Shown: piece by piece, positions 30,481-37,620 of the stretch
How the letters are laid out: each line of letters starts with the position of its first letter
Numbering within the stretch: position 1 is the stretch's first letter
NCBI GenBank assembly: GCA_946621465.1
Contig: CAMOOO010000001.1
Location: forward strand, 896,386-960,385
Source of the DNA: an uncultured Clostridia bacterium
Lineage (GTDB): Bacteria; Bacillota; Clostridia; Christensenellales; DTU072
Length of the DNA: 64,000 nt
Reading direction: 5' to 3'
Made by a program: the position numbers and the translations under genes
Notes under the pieces: model-generated
The model's input: the letters and a program-made list of their open reading frames with translations, nothing else
The model's database searches: none
What the model was told of the DNA's origin: nothing

Positions 30481-31788
30481 TTATTCGTACAGTTCAAAGG
30501 TAGAAATATATGCCTTTTCTCCCCTGCATTCATTGATATTAAGTAGCACTTTATCGCACCTAATCGGTTTTTTCAACCTAACGAAGGTGGAAAATCCGAT
30601 GACGGTCCCAACGTGCTTTTCGACCGTTTTTTCGCCAACCAAAAAGCACAACGAAAAGGACTCAACGCGCTGAGAATAATCGACGTCCTCTTTCAAGACG
30701 ACGGTGCGAACGGAAGAAATGTGCGGCAACGTAATCAAGTACCCCTCGCCGCTCGTGACTTTCCCCTCTATTTTTCCAGAAAAAGTTTTGTCAATTTTCT
30801 TTTTAAGCGACAGCAATCGGCGCACGTCACGCGAGACGATCCTGCCCTTTTTATCGGGCGGGATGTTGAGTAGGAACAGACCGTTACCGCCCACGGTACG
30901 CATGTAAGCGGAATACAGATTATTTAAAGAACGGGGCATCTGCCACGGATGGTAGAACCAGCCTTTATGAATGGAATAATCGACCTCGGCCGGATACCAG
31001 AGATATTCTTCGTATTTATCGAGTAATTCTCTACTTCCCAGGTCCGCGTCCATTTGGGTAGGCGCAGGGGTGTTTCCGCGATATTTTTTTGCGATAGCAG
31101 GACAGACGCAAGCGGGAACGACCGACCACTCGGAGCGGCGTGTTCTCGCGTCCTCGTTCCCCACCCATCTGACGTCCGGTCCGCCGTTTGCCAGTAGAAT
31201 GTTCGGTTGGAGCTTTCTTGCCAGTTCAAAGATCCGATCGTAGTCGTACTCCTGGTACTTTCCGTCCTCTTTGGTACCGTCGTCTGCTCCGTCCAGCCAC
31301 AGACAAAAGATCTCGCCGTAGTTTGTCAAAAGCTCCGTCAGTTACTCGCAATAGTAGTCGTTGTATTTTTCCGTGGCAAAATATGGACTGTTTCTGTCGG
31401 CAGGCGAAAGGTACAGCCCCAGTTTGATACCGTACTTGGCGCAGCTGTCCGCTAAAGAACGTACTACGTCCCCTTTGCCGCCTCGGTAGGGACTGTTTTT
31501 AATACTATGCTCGGTAGTGTTCGTTTGCCAAAGACAAAAACCCTCGTGATGTTTGGCGGTGAAAATGATTGCGCCGGCGCCGATGGAACGCGCCAAACGC
31601 GCCCAACCGTCGGTGTCGATCTCTTTGGGCGAAAAGGTGGCCGGGGACTCTTTGCCCGTACCCCATTCTCTGCCGGTAAAGGTATTCATTCCAAAATGGA
31701 TAAAGAGATAAAAGCCCATTTCCTGCAAGGCTTTTTGTCGGGGAGAGGGCAGGACCCGAAGGTATTTTTTCTTCCGATGGCATATCAT
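30481..31788 (-). pseudogene. GH29 alpha-L-fucosidase interrupted by one in-frame TAA (31342..31344)
   Basis: ORFs 31342..31788 and 30481..31329 are in the same frame, separated by TAA plus 4 codons. Joined, they read ...KYNDYYCE*LTELLTNYGEIFCLWLDG. The intact paralog at 8558..9544 has ...FMCNQLTELLGGKYGDVCELWLDG at the same place. Confidence 0.75.
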
Positions 31789-31809
31789 TTTCTCCCTTCG
31801 GCGTAATTG

Positions 31810-33624
31810 TTATTCCGTTATTTGATCCTCTTCCGTCGTCTTAGGAAATATTTTGTAACCGGCTTTTGTCAAAAGCCAATAGGCGTCGTCCAGTAATTGA
31901 TAGTCGTATTTAATCACGTCAACGTCGCTCTCGCTCCTTCCATCGCGGCTAGCGATGAGCTTCCGATATTCGACGAGTCCGTCGAACGTCGTCAGGTTGC
32001 CGTGTCTGTGCTTTTCCGGGTTTTTACCGTTGGTGAATTTGCTCCCGTCTTCAACGGTAATCTGTTCGTACAGTATGTCGTCGATGGATGCAGGGATCAT
32101 TCCGGAGCAGATCATAAAAGCGTTCCACCGATAATGTTCCGCCACCGCCAGGTTCTTTCTCCTGGACGGAATAAAATCAAGCGTATACCGAATAATCGGT
32201 CTGCCGTCCGCCACCCGGTTATACGAGGTGGTATCGGGCATATCTCCGGCAGCATAAATGGACATAAATTCTTTGTATGATATCCCTTTCTGCCCTTTTC
32301 CGTAATCCAAACCCATCAAATGGAGCTTCGTCCGCAGACTCAGACAACTACACAGGCTGGACTCTCGGTCGAGGGGAGACTTTTTTAAATACCAGTTGGA
32401 AACGGACTGCGCTTTTATACTCTCCACCCGTTCTTTAGACAACCCGTCCGCACCTTCCCGGGTCAAAAAGTATTCCAGGTCGTACGCCCCGTTCCGCATC
32501 TGCGCCATTTCCAGAATTTTGTCGTTCGTAATACTTTCGATATCAAAGACTTCCTTTTCCAAAGAAAGATTGTGGATATAGCTACTCCTGAACGAGTATT
32601 CTTTTTCCGTCAGCACGATAACACGGATGGTATCTACGTGCCACTTCTTTGCCTTCCGCAAAATGGCCTTACCCCATTCGACATTCTCGAAATCGGAACC
32701 GAACGCCACGAAAAAGTAGTGGACGTCATTGGGCGAATCGGTGATCGTTTCCTTCAGTTGCCACAAAAATCCGTCGTCGGTCACGTCCGCGCGAAGGAAC
32801 TTCGTTTCCGCCGGAACGGGCGGCAACGGAAGGTAGGCATCCGGCTCGAAGTTTTTACTCTCTTTTTGATAACGGAAATAATTCCTCTCCAGTGTCGAAC
32901 GCTTGTTTTCTTTGTCGAATAGATAGTACCGGACCTTTTTATTGGTGGATAAATCGTCGGCGGAAAGGAACTGTTGAACCTTGACCGACGTCAGAAAAAC
33001 CTCGGAATTGACTCTGCCAAAACCGATCGAGTAGCAATTGACGTTCACGCCCTCTTTTATAACCGATTGTTCAAAGTCGATTTGCTGCTCCGTCATGCAC
33101 TCGGTCAAGGGATGTTGTTCTACGGCCTTTTCCGCCAGTCTTTTGTACCGATCGACGCAGGACAGATAGCCCTCGCTCTCCGCCTCAATCCGTTTGTATA
33201 ACGCAGGATCGTCCTGCATAAAGACGTACACGTGGAAGGATTTACGGTCGAATTTATAATTGGACTCCGGGTCTTTTAACGCCTCGACAAAAGCCCTGCA
33301 CGTCTCCAAGTTCTTTTCATCGTCTCCGCGGCAAATAAAAACGTATTTTTTTGATCTTTTTAATGAAAGAACAACTTTGACAAAGCTCTCTGACGCAGGG
33401 TCAATACAAAAAGAATACCCGTCGGCAGTCTCATCGCCGTCGGGAACGTCTACGTCCAAAATGATCTTTTTCCGATGCGTGCTACGACTGAGCATTGTAA
33501 TCTCTTCGGTATTGCCGATCAGAACAAAAGCCTCTTTTTGTCCCTTAAAAATCTCGGACATTTTCGCCCGAAGGCTTTCCGCTTGAGAAATGCTATCGGT
33601 ATCGGTTATAGAATCCATTGCCAT
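31810..33624 (-). CDS. hypothetical 604-aa protein: Rossmann-like (IGFGRVN) region plus RyR-like C-terminal repeat
   Basis: Long clean ORF. GxGxxN motif YSIGFGRVNSEV. The C-terminal LAVAEHYRWNAFMICSGM...KHRHGNLTTFDGL...DYQLLDDAYWLLTKAGYKI resembles bacterial RyR-domain sequences. The start could instead be the second ATG at 33618. Confidence 0.55.
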   Translation of the reverse strand: MAMDSITDTDSISQAESLRAKMSEIFKGQKEAFVLIGNTEEITMLSRSTHRKKIILDVDVPDGDETADGYSFCIDPASESFVKVVLSLKRSKKYVFICRGDDEKNLETCRAFVEALKDPESNYKFDRKSFHVYVFMQDDPALYKRIEAESEGYLSCVDRYKRLAEKAVEQHPLTECMTEQQIDFEQSVIKEGVNVNCYSIGFGRVNSEVFLTSVKVQQFLSADDLSTNKKVRYYLFDKENKRSTLERNYFRYQKESKNFEPDAYLPLPPVPAETKFLRADVTDDGFLWQLKETITDSPNDVHYFFVAFGSDFENVEWGKAILRKAKKWHVDTIRVIVLTEKEYSFRSSYIHNLSLEKEVFDIESITNDKILEMAQMRNGAYDLEYFLTREGADGLSKERVESIKAQSVSNWYLKKSPLDRESSLCSCLSLRTKLHLMGLDYGKGQKGISYKEFMSIYAAGDMPDTTSYNRVADGRPIIRYTLDFIPSRRKNLAVAEHYRWNAFMICSGMIPASIDDILYEQITVEDGSKFTNGKNPEKHRHGNLTTFDGLVEYRKLIASRDGRSESDVDVIKYDYQLLDDAYWLLTKAGYKIFPKTTEEDQITE

Positions 33625-33785
33625 ATCCTCTTGTGCTACATTGTACCACAGCTTTCACGTTTTGGCAATGACTAAATTATCATAAAGGCATTCTCTTTCC
33701 CCACCGCACCACCCTGCCCTTTTCTCGTCCACAATCCCTTTGCCTGCGACAGCGGTCGCACAAAAAGCCAATTTGGGTAAAACAC

Positions 33786-33814
33786 TTGCAAACGGACCTG
33801 CATTGTGCTACAAT
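33786..33814 (+). promoter_or_regulatory. promoter of tRNA-Val
   Basis: TTGCAA, 17-nt spacer, TGcTACAAT (extended -10), ending about 10 nt before the tRNA 5' end. Confidence 0.5.
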
Positions 33815-33824
33815 ATGGATGTTT

Positions 33825-33901
33825 GGAGGCTTAGCTCAGCTGGTTAGAGCGCACGCTTCACATGCGTGAGGTCGCGGGTTCGAGCCCCTCAGTCTCCACC
33901 A
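33825..33901 (+). tRNA. tRNA-Val (anticodon CAC), CCA encoded
   Basis: Hand-folded cloverleaf. Acceptor GGAGGCT/AGTCTCC with one G-U pair; D stem GCTC/GAGC; anticodon stem CACGC/GCGTG; loop TTCACAT; T arm GCGGG-TTCGAGC-CCCTC with one C-U mismatch; discriminator A plus CCA. 77 nt in total. Confidence 0.8.
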
Positions 33902-34017
33902 AGCTTTCGGCAAGACCATACATTGTATGGTCTTGTTTCTTTTTCCGACTGCGTACGGCATGCTTGCATGATAGCGAGTGGTCGGAGAAAAGAAACAAAA
34001 AGGCTGTCAAGCTTTGC
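33896..34017 (+). repeat. left copy of a ~122-bp imperfect direct repeat (att-like); starts in the tRNA 3' end
   Basis: CCACCAAGCTTTCGGCAAGACCATACATTGTATGGTCTTG...CATGATAGCGAGTGGTCGGAGAAAAGAAACAAAA recurs at 37380..37503 with a handful of mismatches or indels. Confidence 0.8.
33912..33944 (+). terminator. rho-independent terminator of tRNA-Val
   Basis: AAGACCATA-CATTG-TATGGTCTT followed by GTTTCTTTTT. Confidence 0.7.
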
Positions 34018-34271
34018 CGAAAGCGCAGGTAACCCGAGACGCCCTTCGGCGAGCGGCGACCTGCACGGTCGGCGCAACCCGAAGTCTCCCCCCCTCCGGA
34101 CCACAAGCGTTATGTTCACATGATAGCGAGTGGTCGGAGAAAAGAAACAAAAAAGGCTGTCAAGCTTTGCCGAAAGCGCAGGTAACCCGAGACGCCCTTC
34201 GGCGAGCGGCGACCTGCACGGTCGGCGCAACCCGAAGTCTCCCCCCTTCCGGACCACGAGCGTTATGTTCA
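33967..34271 (+). repeat. tandem direct repeat, 2 units of 152/153 bp plus a degenerate third start (to ~34300)
   Basis: Unit 1 (33967-34118) and unit 2 (34119-34271) differ at only a few positions. Each begins CATGATAGCGAGTGGTCGGAGAAAAG. Each contains the nested hairpin GCAGGT..CGCC-CTTC-GGCG..ACCTGC. Confidence 0.85.
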
Positions 34272-34446
34272 CATAAGAGCGAGCGGAGCGAGATTTTGTG
34301 GGGTGATAGCTTCGCGCTTGTATATGTCAAGCACCCGCCATAGTTCCATTTGATTTTTTCTTAAATATCTTTTTTACTTAATTGTTAATGTATTAAAAAA
34401 AATGTCATTTTTGTTATAATTTTTCAAGCAGAGAATCCAAAAGTAA

Positions 34447-34740
34447 TATACAGATAGATCTCATACATATATTATTTCTTGTCACCTAAATACAAAGATT
34501 ATCTATGATTGTGCTTTTTCTCAGTACTACATTCTGAAGCGCGTGACAATTTCAGGTAGCGTTATACATATAGGAAAAGATGCGTTCTATGGTTGTGAGC
34601 GTCCTATGATAAGTCCTCTGATTATTATGTATCAGGGAACGGTAGCGCAGTGGAAAGCAATTGAGAAAGAAAAGGGGAACGATAGATATATTGTACACTG
34701 CATAGATGGGAACATCGTTGAAAATCGTCATTTGATATAA
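34447..34740 (+). pseudogene. 5'-truncated fragment of a BspA-like leucine-rich-repeat protein gene
   Basis: Open frame from 34447 reads ...KIIYDCAFSQYYILKRVTISGSVIHIGKDAFYGC..., which is the LRR consensus I..AF..C..L..V.I...V..IG..AF.GC. It covers only about 2 repeats plus the C-terminus, with no credible start or RBS. Confidence 0.5.
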
Positions 34741-34815
34741 GGATTTGTAAAAATAAGAAATATCCGCATTTTCCCATGCCGTCTAAAACATTTTTTACAT
34801 ATTAGGGTTTAATGA

Positions 34816-35952
34816 TCATTTTGAAAAAACAACCGGCGACGCCATCTCCTGTTTGCGGTATTTGAATGGAATCATCTTGCCAATAAATCTATTTCTGATT
34901 TCATCAGAGGCGACTTTTCCGTAAAATTCATATCTTCCATACGCTTTTTCATCATCAATCTCCCATTTGTCGTGATCTCCGACAATTTTCCAATACTCTA
35001 TCCTATAGACCTCTTTTACATATTGATTGATAACAGATAAAACATATGAATAATTGTTTACCTTATCAATGGAAACTCTCCAGCTGTGTCTCGTTGCATG
35101 GTAAAGAGCCTCATCCCTTGAACAATTAAAGTATCTTTGACAAAGAGTCACCCTTTCTTCATGAGTTTTAATAATAATAAACGAAAAGTCTCCTAGAAAG
35201 TCATCGGATGGTTCCGGTTGTCGTGTAGGTTTTACCCCCTTAGGCGGATAAACCGGATAAGATACTACAGGTCCGTGAAGCTCCATCTTTTTATTAATTG
35301 TAAAGCTATATTCAGATAATGCATTGTTTATCTCTTCTTCCGTATATTTCTCGCTAAAATATATTTCAAATAAACTGCGCAGAAGTTCTTCGCTTAATTC
35401 GCTTTGGATAGCGTAAACATTCAGCTTCGATTGCATTTTGTTTTTAATATATCCCTTTATTTTCTCTTGAGAAAAGCTGCCTTTCGCCACCATCTCAATG
35501 AAGTTTTCACCTTCCGGATTATCTTTTTTGAATATAATGGGAACCGAGTATAGTCTATTCTCTGCGTATTCCAACCAACATAACCGAATCTCATTCCCGA
35601 TAAATACACCCACAGGAATACCCAGTTGTTTTAAATAGCTTTTTATTTGTTCTTCTGCATTAGAAAAAGGTACACTATATCTTTTTAATTCAACATCTAT
35701 GATATCTTTACCGTCTTTTCGTAATATTATATCCGGTATAACAGTCTCACGAGAGCCAAGCGTGATATGCCTTTGTCTCTCGATTTCTTTAAAAATTTTG
35801 CTGTATCCAAAGAATTCTAAGAAATAGTTTTCCCATTGATTTTCAATCGTGGATTCATCTTGATTTATATTGCTTTGACGTTCCGCTACAAGCAAATTCC
35901 ATTTTCCATTGAGGTTATCATTTGAAATTCTCCTTTTTATCTGTTTATTCAA
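34816..35952 (-). CDS. PD-(D/E)xK nuclease (HsdR-N/Mrr-like N-domain) fused to an unassigned C-terminal domain
   Basis: 378 aa. N-domain reads ...GSRETVIPDIILRKDGKDIIDVELKR...EEQIKSYLKQLGIPVGVFIGNEIRL (PD...ExK...Q pattern). The C-terminal ~130 aa (HSWRVSIDKVNNYSYVLSVINQYVKEVYRIEYWK...GRYEFYGK...) matches nothing I can name. TTG start with a weak RBS, so the 5' end is uncertain. Confidence 0.6.
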   Translation of the reverse strand: MNKQIKRRISNDNLNGKWNLLVAERQSNINQDESTIENQWENYFLEFFGYSKIFKEIERQRHITLGSRETVIPDIILRKDGKDIIDVELKRYSVPFSNAEEQIKSYLKQLGIPVGVFIGNEIRLCWLEYAENRLYSVPIIFKKDNPEGENFIEMVAKGSFSQEKIKGYIKNKMQSKLNVYAIQSELSEELLRSLFEIYFSEKYTEEEINNALSEYSFTINKKMELHGPVVSYPVYPPKGVKPTRQPEPSDDFLGDFSFIIIKTHEERVTLCQRYFNCSRDEALYHATRHSWRVSIDKVNNYSYVLSVINQYVKEVYRIEYWKIVGDHDKWEIDDEKAYGRYEFYGKVASDEIRNRFIGKMIPFKYRKQEMASPVVFSK

Positions 35953-35967
35953 ATATCCATAATCGAA

Positions 35968-36051
35968 TTAATCTTTCAAACACCCGATGGGGATAACGTA
36001 CACGCCATCTTCGCGTTTGTAGCCGTATTGCGTGCCCACGTAGATTATTCT
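35968..36051 (-). other. 27-codon higher-GC open frame directly after, and in frame with, the ATPase stop codon; possible relic 3' end of an older gene
   Basis: After the TAA at 36054..36052 the same frame reads RIIYVGTQYGYKREDGVYVIPIGCLKD then TAA. The patch is noticeably more GC-rich than the surrounding islet. Confidence 0.3.
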
Positions 36052-37245
36052 TTATTTGTTTTTCGCCCAATTGGCAATATCAATTATCTTAATCCCTTCA
36101 TATTGATACTCGTCGTGATGGGTCCTTGTAATGATCATCTTCGGATAGGCGTCCTTGATTTGCAGAAGAGGCGAGACTTCTCTCTCAAAGGTATTAGGAT
36201 CGGATATATTATCCGCTACTTGAATATAGATCTTTTCGTTTCGTTTTACTGCCACAAAATCGACCTCTTTTTTATACAGCACGCCGACGTAAACCTCATA
36301 CCCACGACGTAATAATTCGATAGCGACGATGTTTTCAAGGATGCGACCGTAATCCATATTTTTTGTTCCCAGTTTCGCATAACGGAAAGTGTGATCGCTC
36401 AAATAATATTTTTCGTTACTCGAAAGATATTTTTTTCCTTTAATATCGTATCGGCGAATCTTATAAAAGGCAAAAGCGTTGCAAAGATACTGCATATAGG
36501 TGTTGACCGTGATATGATTTACCTTATCTTGCATACTTGTCAGGGAGTTCGTTATACTTCTTGCTGAAGACAAATTAGCGATATTATCCATCAAATAATC
36601 GACGATCCGATTCATTAGCGGCATATTCCGAATGTTATATTTTTTCTTTATATCCCGAACGATCAACGTATCGAAAACGTCTGCGATATAGTCGTATTTT
36701 GCCTCTTGCTCTTTATATAAATAAGAACCGGACATTCCCCCTTCCAGCATATACTTGTCGAACGCGTCATATTTATCAGCATAACCGAAGTATTCAGAAT
36801 ACTCGGAGAACGAGAAGGGAAATACTTTGATCTCAAACGTTCTGCCGGTAAATAAAGTCGCCAAATCGGAACTGAGCAAAAATGCGTTTGATCCGGTAAT
36901 ATAAATATCGAACTTTTCGGAGGCGTGGAGACCGTTGATTGCGCGTTCAAAATCCTCGCACATTTGCACTTCGTCGATCATAACAAAATTATCTTTGCCT
37001 TGGACGTATTTTGAATTGATATAATCGTAAAGCGCGCGATACGTCAATAGCCCGTCGTGATCCGGCAAATTGAAATTGATATGAATAACGTTAGCATTCG
37101 GAATAGAGCGCTCAACGTAACTTTTGAATGCTTCAAGTAGTTTTGATTTCCCGCTACGACGTACACCGGTTATTACTTTTATATCGGGCGTTCCGATAAC
37201 TCCGACGATTTTATCTAAGTATTGTTTTCTTTCTATTAGTTTCAT
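36052..37245 (-). CDS. AAA+ ATPase with C-terminal DUF4143 (restriction-endonuclease-like) domain
   Basis: 397 aa. Walker A GVRRSGKSKL and Walker B FVMIDEVQ. C-terminal ENIVAIELLRRGYEVYVG...KEVDFVAVKRNEKIYIQV is typical of the AAA_14 plus DUF4143 family. Confidence 0.85.
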   Translation of the reverse strand: MKLIERKQYLDKIVGVIGTPDIKVITGVRRSGKSKLLEAFKSYVERSIPNANVIHINFNLPDHDGLLTYRALYDYINSKYVQGKDNFVMIDEVQMCEDFERAINGLHASEKFDIYITGSNAFLLSSDLATLFTGRTFEIKVFPFSFSEYSEYFGYADKYDAFDKYMLEGGMSGSYLYKEQEAKYDYIADVFDTLIVRDIKKKYNIRNMPLMNRIVDYLMDNIANLSSARSITNSLTSMQDKVNHITVNTYMQYLCNAFAFYKIRRYDIKGKKYLSSNEKYYLSDHTFRYAKLGTKNMDYGRILENIVAIELLRRGYEVYVGVLYKKEVDFVAVKRNEKIYIQVADNISDPNTFEREVSPLLQIKDAYPKMIITRTHHDEYQYEGIKIIDIANWAKNK

Positions 37246-37379
37246 TTTATCACCTCATAAATAATATACCATGTTTGTTTTCCAAAATCAATACTTTTTC
37301 AAAAATGGTAAATAGAATTTATCTTCAATAGTGAATTATATGTGTAAAGATTGATTATTCGTTTTAGGCACTTTGTTGC

Positions 37380-37503
37380 CCACCAAGCTTTCGGCAAGAC
37401 CATACATTGTATAGTCTTGTTTCTTTTTTCCGACTGCGAACGGCATGCTTGCATGATAGCGAGTGGTCGGAGAAAAGAAACAAAACAGGCTGTGAAGCCT
37501 TGC
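37380..37503 (+). repeat. right copy of the ~122-bp direct repeat
   Basis: CCACCAAGCTTTCGGCAAGACCATACATTGTATAGTCTTG...CATGATAGCGAGTGGTCGGAGAAAAGAAACAAAAC. It includes a copy of the tRNA terminator hairpin with one mismatch. Confidence 0.8.
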
Positions 37504-37620
37504 AACCGAATTTAAGTTTAAACGTTTCTTTTGATTGCATACCCATTGTCCTTTTCGGGTGAATATGGTATTATAAGAAAAAATAACTCTGAAAGAAAGG
37601 ATTACGTAAGGAGCTATCGA

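Larger units (their letters stand above)
34345..37379. mobile_element. AT-rich genomic islet (integrated-element remnant?) between the direct repeats
   Basis: Base composition shifts visibly to AT-rich from ~34345 up to the base before the right repeat copy at 37380. Cargo is accessory-type genes. No integrase or transposase ORF is present. Confidence 0.4.

Noticed and set aside
31342-31344. In-frame TAA as stop-codon reassignment or programmed readthrough
   Set aside because: TAA clearly terminates other well-defined genes in the window, for example GH130 at 15220-15222 and the DUF4143 ATPase at 36052-36054. No bacterial code reassigns TAA. A nonsense mutation or a base-call error is more parsimonious.
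33967-34271. Possible CRISPR array
   Set aside because: The units are 153 bp and directly abut each other with no unique spacers, and no cas genes are present in the window.
33889-34343. 127-aa (minus) and 121-aa (plus) ORFs spanning the 153-bp tandem repeats
   Set aside because: Both strands are open only because the repeat unit lacks stops. The peptide sequences are internally duplicated, Arg/Gly/Pro-rich and have no start context. They are treated as non-coding repeat.
34345-37379. Integrase, transposase or toxin-antitoxin genes inside the islet
   Set aside because: All six frames were inspected. The only substantial ORFs are the LRR fragment, the nuclease fusion and the ATPase. No R..H..R..Y, DDE or serine-recombinase motifs were seen.
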